64,000 nucleotides of DNA from Promethearchaeota archaeon. Lineage in GTDB: Archaea; Asgardarchaeota; Lokiarchaeia; Sigyniarchaeales; SOKP01. Position 1 is the first letter of the stretch, and each line of letters starts with the position of its first letter. Below the pieces are notes generated by a model. It saw only the letters and a program-made list of their open reading frames with translations, had not been told where the DNA came from and made no database searches. Both the position numbers and the translations under genes were made by a program. Positions 36,802 through 46,762 of this stretch are shown in pieces. The DNA is taken from assembly GCA_048937405.1 (NCBI GenBank), contig JBHLNF010000001.1, forward strand, positions 64,001-128,000. Direction: 5' to 3'.

Positions 36802-39800
36802 ATTTCATCTAAAGAAGAAGGAAAAATAAAACAAGGGACTATTGCTGATTATATGCGTAAGAGGACTCAGCTAGTCGGTTTTGAATTTGGTTATTGGAAG
36901 CATGTACAGTATTGTAGTGAATTTATAGACAATGCTTTGGATGCGATTGAAAGCTTTCAATGGAAGGAATTAAAAAAATCAGATTCAAAGATAAGTTTTT
37001 CATTGGATCAAGAATTATTTTTAGAAAAATTTTCTATATTAGAGGCAGCAAAGGAAGAAAAAAAGACTCAACATTTAGATAGTGAAGCTAAACATACATT
37101 AATGCAGGAACTGGGTATTGAATCTACAGAAACCAATGAATCTGTTGTAAATAAGGTAGAAATAAAAGAAGAAGAATCAGGTGAAATAACAGATAAAGAA
37201 GAATTAGAGGTTGAGGAAGAGGTTAAAAGAATTATTGATGATATGAATGAAATAATTAAACCAGTTGAGTTTATAATTGATGTAGAACCAATCGTAATAA
37301 TTCGCATCAGAGAATTTGAAGCCCCAGCTTTTTTAACATCAGAAATAAGTCAAAAAAATATCATGAGTTATTCTTTTGAGATTTTTGATAATGGCACAGG
37401 TATGTCAAAGATTGATTTAAGAAAATTTGGTAGATATCTAGCATCCTCAAAATCTATGGAACTAAAACAAACCAGAGGTAGTCAAGGATTTGGAGCACCA
37501 AGTGCCTTTAGTGATGCTCAAAATACAACAGGCAAACCAGTTATTACAGTTTCAAAGTCAATTGATAATATTTATGCAACAGTTGCAGAATTTTTTACAA
37601 CTTCGAAAAATGAAAAAAAATACTTAATTCATCCAACTGAGATTGATAGTCCTTTCTTACATGGTACTTATATCAAGTTGAATTATTTAAACGTAAGGTA
37701 TATTAGAGGATATGCTGAGAAGTATATTGAAGAAACAGCGTTTATGAATCCTCATGTTACAATAATATATATTGATCCTTTTGGAAAAGAAAAAATATAC
37801 CGTAGATTAGCGACTTCGTTCCCACCCGAGCCAAAATATGCTAAACCTCATCCTTCTTCGGTTAATATTGGAGATTTACAAGATCTAATTACAAAATCAG
37901 AAAATAAATCTATTTCAGCATTTTTACAAGATAATTTTGTCAGAATGAGTTCAAGAACCGCTAAAGAAATCGTTGATATTGCTGAGAGAGACTTGCAAGA
38001 TAAATTAAATTTTCTTATTCTAAAAGATGGGTATATAAATATAGCAAAGAAAAAAACTGATCAAATACACTTTATGAAAAATGAAAAAAGAGTCTATGGA
38101 CGTTCTGATAAACCAAGAGATAAGCTAATAATTTATCAAGTTGAATCAGAAGAACTTAAAGAAAAGTACTGGAACACGGTTCAGAATTATAATAAATATA
38201 TTAAAGATTATGAAAAAAACAATAAAGAAATCAAGAAATTAAATGATCAAATTGAAAAATCAGAGACTCAAAAAGAAATTAAAGCTATTGAAAGAAAGAT
38301 TAAAAATATCTTGAAAAATATAGAGGGAATCAGAAAAGAAAAAGATAAAATTAAGGGAATTCTAAATAATCTGTTTAAAGATGTAAAGGATGGATTGATT
38401 GAACTAAAAAAATTTAAGAATCGAACTGATTTTGAATCTTTGATTAATGAAGTTCAAATATCTAAGACAAAACCTGTTGATTTAACAAAAGAACAATTTA
38501 ATTCTCTTTTTCTTGCTTTCAAATCAATAAAGTATATGGCTCCTCCAACAGATACTGCAATACCAGTGGGTGAATCAATTTTAGAAAATACTTTAATTAA
38601 GGAAATTGGATTAAGGATTTCAGAAAGTTTAGATGATTTTGATACCCCTATTGATACTACTAATCAAACAATTGAATTACTACATGAAGAAAAAAAGAGA
38701 TTACTGATAGAAGAAGGAAAAAAGGTTCAGGATGATGAAATTGCCAACATTAAAATAGATCCAGAAGAAGTTATAAACATAAGTTCTGAGATTTTAGGAT
38801 CGATTGATATCGATGGAAGTTCTCTCGATCAACAAGTAGTAAAACAAACTATTAACGATGTTCTTACATTTTCTGATATAGAATCTATTGATAGTTATCA
38901 TGATGTATTTGAATATTTCCTTGAAACCTACACAAAAGATGATGATTTTGTATCAGCAGAGACAAGAGCACCTACAAGTGGAAAAGGATTGGCGTACGTT
39001 GTCGAAGCTGTAATGGCTTATTCAAGAAATATGGAAACACCTAAACGTGCAAGAGATGTTTTGTCTAGGTTTGTGAATAGAACTCCCAAATTAAGAGATA
39101 GTGCTGATTGTGCTATAACAAAAGCAGTTCAATCAGTAAATTGGAAAAATTATAATCTTGATAGCTATGATAATGGATTACCAAAAGGTCCAATTAAATT
39201 ATTAGTCAATGTATCTGGCCCTTTTGTACACTTAATGTTTAAATCGCAATCAAAAAATGCTCTTGCTGATGACGATGAACTGATTAAAGAAATAAAATAT
39301 TGTCTTGAAGCAATAGGAAGAAGATTACGAGTATATCTCAATAGAAGGGCAAGTCTTCGTAAAAGCGAAAAAAGGTCTAGTTTAATAGAGAAATATATTC
39401 CCATATTTGCCAAAAGTTTGTATAATATCGCATCTCAAGGGGAAAGCAAATTTAAAGCGAAGATAATGACTAAAGAAATTGAAGAATTAATGAAGGGAGC
39501 AATAGGAAAAAAATCAGTTCCCTCTCCAGTACAAGATTTTAAGATAGAAAAACATGAGATAAAAGAAGTAAAATCTGTAGAGGAAAAACAAAAGCAAATA
39601 GAAATGCCTAAAGAAGAAATACCCGTTGAGAAAGAAATCTCTCCTGAAAAACCTAAATTAGAAAAAATAATGATTTCTAAAAAATCTTTACTAAACTGGA
39701 CTGTCAAAGAACTAAAGAATTATTGTGTGGAAAAAGATATTGAATTACACTCAAAAGCAAGGAAAAATGATATTATTGAGAAAATTTTAGAATCTTTTAC

Positions 39801-40155
39801 CGAAGAGAGAATAGTAAAGAAACCAGAAGAAATAAAAAGAGAAGTATCAGAAAAAATTATAAAAAAGCCAAAACTTAAAATAACTCCTATGAAGAAAAAG
39901 CCTATTCCAACAGTACCTAAAACAATAACTGCAAAATCAAAATCGACCCAAACAACACTCCCTATTATTACTACAGATAAAATAATATCGGTATTATCTA
40001 ACGAGTGGCAAAATATAAAACACCTTATCTTTAAACTAAAGATTAAAGATATGATGGATGCCCGTTACCTTCAGTTGAAGTTAAAAGAATTGGAACGTAA
40101 AGGAGATGTATTGGTTGAATTAAAAATGGGAAGAAAACATTGGAAATTAAAATGA
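36802..40155 (+). CDS. top6B: DNA topoisomerase VI subunit B, greatly expanded (first in-frame ATG 36853; probable start upstream)
   Basis: EFIDNALDA, DNGTGM, SSK..QTRGSQGFG, HGT, PHP, RFVNRTPKL; directly upstream of top6A. The conserved N-terminal strap (KQGTIADYMRKRTQLVGFE) begins upstream of the ATG. Confidence 0.92.
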   Translation: MSSKEEGKIKQGTIADYMRKRTQLVGFEFGYWKHVQYCSEFIDNALDAIESFQWKELKKSDSKISFSLDQELFLEKFSILEAAKEEKKTQHLDSEAKHTLMQELGIESTETNESVVNKVEIKEEESGEITDKEELEVEEEVKRIIDDMNEIIKPVEFIIDVEPIVIIRIREFEAPAFLTSEISQKNIMSYSFEIFDNGTGMSKIDLRKFGRYLASSKSMELKQTRGSQGFGAPSAFSDAQNTTGKPVITVSKSIDNIYATVAEFFTTSKNEKKYLIHPTEIDSPFLHGTYIKLNYLNVRYIRGYAEKYIEETAFMNPHVTIIYIDPFGKEKIYRRLATSFPPEPKYAKPHPSSVNIGDLQDLITKSENKSISAFLQDNFVRMSSRTAKEIVDIAERDLQDKLNFLILKDGYINIAKKKTDQIHFMKNEKRVYGRSDKPRDKLIIYQVESEELKEKYWNTVQNYNKYIKDYEKNNKEIKKLNDQIEKSETQKEIKAIERKIKNILKNIEGIRKEKDKIKGILNNLFKDVKDGLIELKKFKNRTDFESLINEVQISKTKPVDLTKEQFNSLFLAFKSIKYMAPPTDTAIPVGESILENTLIKEIGLRISESLDDFDTPIDTTNQTIELLHEEKKRLLIEEGKKVQDDEIANIKIDPEEVINISSEILGSIDIDGSSLDQQVVKQTINDVLTFSDIESIDSYHDVFEYFLETYTKDDDFVSAETRAPTSGKGLAYVVEAVMAYSRNMETPKRARDVLSRFVNRTPKLRDSADCAITKAVQSVNWKNYNLDSYDNGLPKGPIKLLVNVSGPFVHLMFKSQSKNALADDDELIKEIKYCLEAIGRRLRVYLNRRASLRKSEKRSSLIEKYIPIFAKSLYNIASQGESKFKAKIMTKEIEELMKGAIGKKSVPSPVQDFKIEKHEIKEVKSVEEKQKQIEMPKEEIPVEKEISPEKPKLEKIMISKKSLLNWTVKELKNYCVEKDIELHSKARKNDIIEKILESFTEERIVKKPEEIKREVSEKIIKKPKLKITPMKKKPIPTVPKTITAKSKSTQTTLPIITTDKIISVLSNEWQNIKHLIFKLKIKDMMDARYLQLKLKELERKGDVLVELKMGRKHWKLK

Positions 40156-40165
40156 GGTAAAAAAT

Positions 40166-41347
40166 ATGGCAAAAACTAGTAAAGTTTATGATTTAAAAGC
40201 AGCAAAAAATTTATATTTAGAATATTTAGAAAAAGGAAAGGAACATAAAGAAATCGCTCTTCCACCCGATACTGTAAAAATTGATGATCTAAATAAAAAA
40301 GAGATGTTAGATCGATTATATAGACTAGTCGATAATGTTCTGGAAAGAATTTATAAAACGGGAAGACCCTCAATCGAATTACCTTCTAGATCGAGCTCTA
40401 ATATCATTTGGGATGAAGAAAATGATCTGTTATTACTTGGTAAGCAAATAATGGAAAAGCAATTTCATTCATTAACCAGCGTCGCAGATATTACTAGACT
40501 AATGAGAGTATTAGAGGTAGTTAATGAGCTTCTCATTGAAGATATTCATGCTACTAAAAGAGAAATTTTCTATACTGATGTAAATTTATTCCAAGAGCAA
40601 AAAAATAGTGATAAAAGCATCGAAGATGTTGCCACAATGTTATATACGACAAGAAATTCAACACATATAGTTGCAGCTCCAAAAGGTACATGTGTTGGAA
40701 GATTAAGAATTCGCGATAGAAATGATATTATTGATTTGGAAGGGTTAGGGAGTGGTGGATGGACAATTTCACCAATGCTTGATAACATTGAAATAATTGA
40801 GTCTGATGCTGAATTTATCTTAGTAATCGAGAAGGATGCTGCTATGATGCGATTAGCAGAGGCTAGATTTTGGAGAAAGTACCCTTGTATCTTATTGACA
40901 GCTCAGGGTGTTGGAAATGTTGCTGTACGAATGTTTCTAAAGAGATTGAGTAAAGAATTAAATTTACCAATTTTTAGTTTAGTTGATAGTGATCCTTACG
41001 GTCACTATATACATTCGGTATATCTAAGAGGTTCGAAGAGATTAAGTTATGAATCACCTTTTCTAGCGACCCCAGATATCAAATTGCTAGGGGTTTTAAC
41101 AAGAGATTTAGATAAATATAAAATTCCTCAAGAAGTCAGGATAAAAATGAATAAACAGGATGAGAAGCGTGTAAAAGATCTCTTAAACGAAGACTTCGTG
41201 AAAAAGAATAAGGCTTGGGAAGCTGATCTCAAACTAGCTCTTAAACTTAAAATAAAAGCAGAAATACAAGCATTTGCGTCTCATGGATTTAAATTTTTAA
41301 CAGATCAATACTTACCAGAGAAACTCACAACAGGTGATTGGATATAA
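40166..41347 (+). CDS. top6A: DNA topoisomerase VI subunit A (Spo11 homolog)
   Basis: TKREIFY (catalytic Tyr), VIEKDA, DSDPYG TOPRIM, KAEIQA. Confidence 0.97.
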   Translation: MAKTSKVYDLKAAKNLYLEYLEKGKEHKEIALPPDTVKIDDLNKKEMLDRLYRLVDNVLERIYKTGRPSIELPSRSSSNIIWDEENDLLLLGKQIMEKQFHSLTSVADITRLMRVLEVVNELLIEDIHATKREIFYTDVNLFQEQKNSDKSIEDVATMLYTTRNSTHIVAAPKGTCVGRLRIRDRNDIIDLEGLGSGGWTISPMLDNIEIIESDAEFILVIEKDAAMMRLAEARFWRKYPCILLTAQGVGNVAVRMFLKRLSKELNLPIFSLVDSDPYGHYIHSVYLRGSKRLSYESPFLATPDIKLLGVLTRDLDKYKIPQEVRIKMNKQDEKRVKDLLNEDFVKKNKAWEADLKLALKLKIKAEIQAFASHGFKFLTDQYLPEKLTTGDWI

Positions 41348-41856
41348 GAGTCTTTAAAAAACAAGATGGTGGAGTTGTACAATTAATCGATAAAGAAGAT
41401 ATGAAAGAATGGCCTATTGAATTACCTTTACTTTTTATCGAATATATAAGGAATAAACAATTAGAAAGCTATGGAAGTGCTAAAAAGGACGTGGAGAAAT
41501 ATCTTGATGAAATTTTAAGTGATGTAGCAATTCCTAGACTAGTAAGTGTTTTGGAAGGAACTGATAATGAACAAATTATATTAGCTTTGACTCGCATTGA
41601 AGAAATTTCAAGAAAAGACGTTGAAATGGCAAAACCAATTAAAAAATATCTAACTGATCTTTCAAAGAAAAATGATAAACAAATAGTAAAATTAGCTCAA
41701 GCTATTTCAAAAAATTTTAGTAACGCTGAGAGGAAAAAAGAATTAGCAGAGAAAAGAAAGATTATGCGTGAAAAAGAGAAATCTTTTCTTGAGGGCAAAA
41801 TAAGTGGAGAAGATTACGCTAAGGCAAGAAAGGAATACTTAACATTAAAAGACTAA
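41338..41856 (+). CDS. Hypothetical HEAT-like protein with C-terminal SHOCT-like motif
   Basis: AIPRLVSVL..ALTRIEEI helical pair; FLEGKISGEDYAKARKEYL; overlaps top6A and pyrE. Confidence 0.65.
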   Translation: MDIRVFKKQDGGVVQLIDKEDMKEWPIELPLLFIEYIRNKQLESYGSAKKDVEKYLDEILSDVAIPRLVSVLEGTDNEQIILALTRIEEISRKDVEMAKPIKKYLTDLSKKNDKQIVKLAQAISKNFSNAERKKELAEKRKIMREKEKSFLEGKISGEDYAKARKEYLTLKD

Positions 41857-42545
41857 TGAGGAATCTTATGATTTGGGAGAATGAAAAAAATAATTTTTAT
41901 AATTTTATCTTAGACAATAATATAATAGGCTTATTTGAAGAACCTATAAAATTAAAATCTGGTAGACTGTCATACTGGTATATAAATTGGAGGAATATTG
42001 CTTCTGATGTATATCTACTCGATCAATTAACTGATTACTTATTATCATTTATTGATCACTTAAACTTAAAACCTAATTGTTTTTATGGTGTTCCAGAAGG
42101 CGCAACAAAATTAGGTATAATAACTCAATATAAATGGGCAAAAAGACAGAATAATTATAGTTCAAAAAGTTATCCTCTCTCTATGGGTAGAGGCAAGCAA
42201 AAAAAACATGGAGATCCTAAAGATCGTTTTTTTGTAGGAACCCCCTCTGGAGATACTATTATTCTTGAGGATATTACAACTACAGGAGGGTCATTAATCA
42301 ATACGATTGAAAAATTAAAAGATTTGGATGTAAATATCATTGCTGCAATAGGATTGACAAATAGAAATGAATTAACTGATGATGGAAAAAGTGTAGAAGA
42401 GAGTATCTTGGAATACAATGTTCAATATTATGCAATGAGTAATGCTATTGATTTGTTACCAAGATTAAAAATTAGTAAGAATACAGCTAAACATATTGAA
42501 GAATACTTTATTAAATATGGAACAGAACCAATAAAACTCTCATAA
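41856..42545 (+). CDS. pyrE: Orotate phosphoribosyltransferase
   Basis: LKSGRLSYWYIN, KKHG, PRPP loop ILEDITTTGGS. Confidence 0.88.
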   Translation: MRNLMIWENEKNNFYNFILDNNIIGLFEEPIKLKSGRLSYWYINWRNIASDVYLLDQLTDYLLSFIDHLNLKPNCFYGVPEGATKLGIITQYKWAKRQNNYSSKSYPLSMGRGKQKKHGDPKDRFFVGTPSGDTIILEDITTTGGSLINTIEKLKDLDVNIIAAIGLTNRNELTDDGKSVEESILEYNVQYYAMSNAIDLLPRLKISKNTAKHIEEYFIKYGTEPIKLS

Positions 42546-42585
42546 TTATTTAGTCCATCATAAATTAATTTCAATTAAAATCTGA

Positions 42586-43146
42586 TTAAAAAAAATCTCT
42601 CCAAATTTTGATAAGATGATACAAATATTTATTGAGTAGTTTCTCAGAATTCGTTAATAACCTTTCATCTTCTAAAGATAACTCAGCCATAGATAGTTTT
42701 AATAACTTTAATAATCGACTATCAATAATATTTGAAGTATAAGAATTATATCTGTCCAAGTCAATTTTTGGTCTGTTTTTCTTATCTATTTCATTTATCA
42801 TCAATCTTCTGAATTCTTTTATTTTATTCAAAAAATAATCATTTACTCTTTTAGTTAACTTTGGACTATCTCTCTCACTTATGGCATATCTTTGAACATC
42901 AACGCTGTCACATTTATCCTCTGGAGCTACTATTAAAATACCTTTCTCGATAAAAGGAACTGCAGAAAACAGCTTTATTTTATATTTCTTACCTTTCTCA
43001 AATTTACCAAAAGATTCTCCTAATAGAGAAAATCCTTCAAAATCTTTGATACATTCAGTGATAATTTTTTCATTATGAAAAATAAAATTAATCCTACTCA
43101 ATGAATTAGAGAACCTATCTTCAAATATTTCCAATAAGGAATACAC
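42586..43146 (-). CDS. GINS23 (Psf2/Psf3-like) subunit
   Basis: B-domain first (DFEGFSLLGESFGKFEKGKKYKIKLFSA), then helical A-domain (IDSRLLKLLKL..LTNSEK..WR); near mcm. Confidence 0.75.
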   Translation of the reverse strand: MYSLLEIFEDRFSNSLSRINFIFHNEKIITECIKDFEGFSLLGESFGKFEKGKKYKIKLFSAVPFIEKGILIVAPEDKCDSVDVQRYAISERDSPKLTKRVNDYFLNKIKEFRRLMINEIDKKNRPKIDLDRYNSYTSNIIDSRLLKLLKLSMAELSLEDERLLTNSEKLLNKYLYHLIKIWRDFF

Positions 43147-43240
43147 CAGATTTAATAACTTAAAAAATCTTTATATAGTATGTAAATGTAATACAAGAAA
43201 AATAAACTTACTATTGTTATATTAATAACTTAAAAACCTC

Positions 43241-46200
43241 GTGAAAATTTTGGTAATTGAAATAATTCTTCTTTTAGTATTTTTAATTTTCTTTATACTT
43301 GGATTCTATATAATTTATCGACAAGTTGCTTTAGTTAAAAAAGGAGTTTTTAGTAATAAAGATAGACTCCAATGTGTACTTTATGGATTTATCTTTAGCT
43401 TATCAGTTTTGGTAGTTTTTACTGTCGCTGTCATTTTTACTGTAAGATCACCTGATTTTTGGGACCCTGAAACAACACCACCAGAGGTTCATCCACTTGC
43501 ATTGTTGATTCCATTTATTTGTTGCTTAGGGTATATTACTATTTATCCTATAATTGACTTTCTTTATATTGCTTTAAGTAAAGAATCAGACGAAGGATTG
43601 ACACCATTTCATAAATTAATAAGCAATAAGCTAATAAATATTTCAAAAAGTAAACTTATTAAAGTTTTACTTGCTTTAACTTTTTCCATATTAATCTTTA
43701 TCCTCCCTCCTATCTTACTATTTTTAATGGGAGTACCCTTTATAGTGATATGGATAACATGGGTGCTCATCTATCCTCTGATGATTTTAACTTTTTATGG
43801 ATCTAAAGGTTATATTGCCGGTATTTCTAATTTATATTATCATATTCCAGATATAAGACGCTCTATTTTTCTTAATTTTGAGGATAGTAAAAGAGGATTA
43901 AAACAATTTATTTCTGATCCAGCACCATACATTGTCTTTGGTTTGATGTTATTTGTGTTTGTATGGGCTTGGATTTCACTATTCCAAACTATAGGATTCT
44001 TTTTCACTGGTACATTAGCTGTTTCTACCATGTCTTCAGCATTTGTGTTTGTAACTCTCTTTTTTGGAATACTCGGGTATTTCACACGTTTTTGGGGGAG
44101 AAAAATAAAGTACAGGGGAATAGATATTTATTTCGCAGCCTACTTAATGGCATCTATAGGAATTAATGTCTTAGTCAATTTTTTAATTGTTAATCCTGAT
44201 AAATTATTATATACTTTTAATTTATGGCCTATAACTAATCAGATTGTACCTAATTATTTAATGTTTGCTTGGGCTGCAGTTATTGAAGAGATTGTTTTAG
44301 TTATTTTTACTTCATATTTCATTCTATCAAGAAATAATGATTTCATAACGAATATTAGGTATTCAAAAATTTCAGAATGTGGACAAACATTTGATCCAAT
44401 TCCTTTATTTAATTTTATTAAACATCGTGATCCCAAAATAAGAAAACATGCCGAGGAAACATTGGTTTTAATGTTTGAAAGAATTCCTCTAAAGAATGAA
44501 ATTAATATTAATAATTGGAAATTTAAAAATTCATTACTTGATGGATTATGTGATTATAATAAAAATTCTAGAAAAGTTTGTAATCAGATCTTAATTCAGC
44601 TAGAAAGAGATGTTCCAGAAATAATATTACCACTAATCTTAGAAGCTATAACATCTCCAAACTATGATAAATCTATCCCTGTTGCAAAAACACTTATGAA
44701 AGCAGATATGGAATTAATAGAAAAAATACCTCAAGATGTACTATTCGACTTAATTGAAGATTCCGAATGGAGATTAAGACTGTTAGGTCTAAAAATTACA
44801 AGAAGGTTGTTAAATAAAAATAAAGATTTAATACTTAATCTTAATATTAAAAAATTAATCAATGACCCAGATAATATCATTCAAGTTGAAATTCTTAATC
44901 TTTTAGCTGAATCTGCTTATAAATTACCTACTGATCTAATAGTTGATAAAATCTTTCATATTAATAACGAAATTAGTGCTGCGGCGATTAAAAATATTAA
45001 AAATCTTGATGCTAAACAAATTGATAAAAAAATTATAAATAAACTAATTCCTTTAATTAAAGATCCCTCTAGCTCTGTAAGAGCATCAATTTTTGACGTC
45101 TTGGCAAAAATCGGCAATTTTAAAAAGAATAACATTCCAATATTACCTTTTTTGGATGGTTTAACAGATTCAAATGAACTAACAAGACTTGCGGCAATAA
45201 AAATCTTGGAAAAATACTTTGAAGAAGAACCAGGGCTAATAGAGATTGATGAGATAATTAGCAAAATTGATCCTAATAATTATGAGATATTAAACAGCTT
45301 TGTTTCGCTTCTTGGAAAAATTTGGAAATACAATCCAGAAAAAATAATTGCTACTCTTCTAATATTTATAAAATTTGATGATGAACAACTAAAAGAGAAT
45401 ATCTCAAATATATTAGTTGATAAATTTAGTAATTATCCTGATTTAGTAATTCAAAACCTAATAAAAATACCAGACATTTCGAAATTTATAACTAAAGGAA
45501 TAATTTCAAGAACCCTAATCAAAATTGGTAAAACCAATCCTACCACTGCTATTCAAATTTTAATGAAGTTCTTATCAGATGAGAATGAAGATGTCAGAAT
45601 AAATGCACTTAATTCAATAGATGGTTTGATTGAAGATTTTCTTAAATATATAGAGGTTAAACCTGTTCTATTATTATTAAATAGGGATGAAAATAAAGAA
45701 ATAAAAAAGATCGCTACAAGTATTATTTCAAAAATAGCTCAAAAAGATTCTACTCTTATAAAACCATACATGCCTGAATTTCTACAAATATTAGCTAGCC
45801 AAGAATCAACTTTAAGAGTTGTATTTTCTAAATCATTGTTAGAAATTGCTAAAGAATCCCCTGATATTATTCCAGTTCATAATATTTTAAATTTTCTTGA
45901 TGATCAAGATTCATTTATCCGGGAAACTAGCGTAAAAATCCTAGGATTTATTGGATATAAGCAACCTTTTCCAGTAGTAGATATTTTATTGAATAAATCG
46001 TTGATTGATGATGAATGGATTGTTAGAGATGCGGCTGTGACGAGTTTAGGGAAAATAATTGATCATGTTGATAATAAGCAAAAAATCATCGAAAAACTTG
46101 TTTCACTCCTTAATGATGAACAAAATTGGGTTCGTAGGTCTGCCATGAATATTCTCTCAAGTATAAAGGAAGTTAGTAATTCTCATATTCCATTTGATCA

Positions 46201-46594
46201 ATTACTCGATAATATAAAAAGTAACGATCCAAAAGTTAGAGAAGCTTCTGCAAGATTAATTGTGATATATAAAAATCAAATTGAAGATAAATTTGAAAAA
46301 TTCAAATTTTTGCTAGAAGATCAATCAAAAGAAGTACGCTCTAGTGCAATCAATAGTCTTATTAAAATAATACAGGATATTGGAATTAATCGTATTTTAA
46401 CTGTATTATTGCAGAATTTAAGCGGTGAAAGCTCTCTCCAAACTCAACAATCAATTGCACAGGTTTTAGGCCGTACAATGAAATATGAAAATGAAAAAAT
46501 TAAAAAGCGTGTGATTTCTCTCTTGAAGATAAGATGTGAAATGAGTCAAGATCCCATTATCTGTGGCATCTTACAACAATTAAAAGAGAATTAA
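43241..46594 (+). CDS. Polytopic membrane protein with long C-terminal HEAT-repeat solenoid
   Basis: About 9-10 TM in the first ~365 aa, then repeats such as DSEWRLR, DPSSSVRASI, DENEDVRINA, DQDSFIRETS, DDEWIVRDAA, DEQNWVRRSA. Confidence 0.85.
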   Translation: MKILVIEIILLLVFLIFFILGFYIIYRQVALVKKGVFSNKDRLQCVLYGFIFSLSVLVVFTVAVIFTVRSPDFWDPETTPPEVHPLALLIPFICCLGYITIYPIIDFLYIALSKESDEGLTPFHKLISNKLINISKSKLIKVLLALTFSILIFILPPILLFLMGVPFIVIWITWVLIYPLMILTFYGSKGYIAGISNLYYHIPDIRRSIFLNFEDSKRGLKQFISDPAPYIVFGLMLFVFVWAWISLFQTIGFFFTGTLAVSTMSSAFVFVTLFFGILGYFTRFWGRKIKYRGIDIYFAAYLMASIGINVLVNFLIVNPDKLLYTFNLWPITNQIVPNYLMFAWAAVIEEIVLVIFTSYFILSRNNDFITNIRYSKISECGQTFDPIPLFNFIKHRDPKIRKHAEETLVLMFERIPLKNEININNWKFKNSLLDGLCDYNKNSRKVCNQILIQLERDVPEIILPLILEAITSPNYDKSIPVAKTLMKADMELIEKIPQDVLFDLIEDSEWRLRLLGLKITRRLLNKNKDLILNLNIKKLINDPDNIIQVEILNLLAESAYKLPTDLIVDKIFHINNEISAAAIKNIKNLDAKQIDKKIINKLIPLIKDPSSSVRASIFDVLAKIGNFKKNNIPILPFLDGLTDSNELTRLAAIKILEKYFEEEPGLIEIDEIISKIDPNNYEILNSFVSLLGKIWKYNPEKIIATLLIFIKFDDEQLKENISNILVDKFSNYPDLVIQNLIKIPDISKFITKGIISRTLIKIGKTNPTTAIQILMKFLSDENEDVRINALNSIDGLIEDFLKYIEVKPVLLLLNRDENKEIKKIATSIISKIAQKDSTLIKPYMPEFLQILASQESTLRVVFSKSLLEIAKESPDIIPVHNILNFLDDQDSFIRETSVKILGFIGYKQPFPVVDILLNKSLIDDEWIVRDAAVTSLGKIIDHVDNKQKIIEKLVSLLNDEQNWVRRSAMNILSSIKEVSNSHIPFDQLLDNIKSNDPKVREASARLIVIYKNQIEDKFEKFKFLLEDQSKEVRSSAINSLIKIIQDIGINRILTVLLQNLSGESSLQTQQSIAQVLGRTMKYENEKIKKRVISLLKIRCEMSQDPIICGILQQLKEN

Positions 46595-46762
46595 TGTTTG
46601 CTTAAATCTAAAATACAGTTTATTACAATTCAGTAAATCTTCCTACTGTATCTTTTTTTTATTAATACCTATTTACGGTTTAATAACTACGACATTAATA
46701 TTGGGGATTAAAAAATCCCCAAGAATAATTAGGTATATCAAAAAAATTAATATGGATTTATT

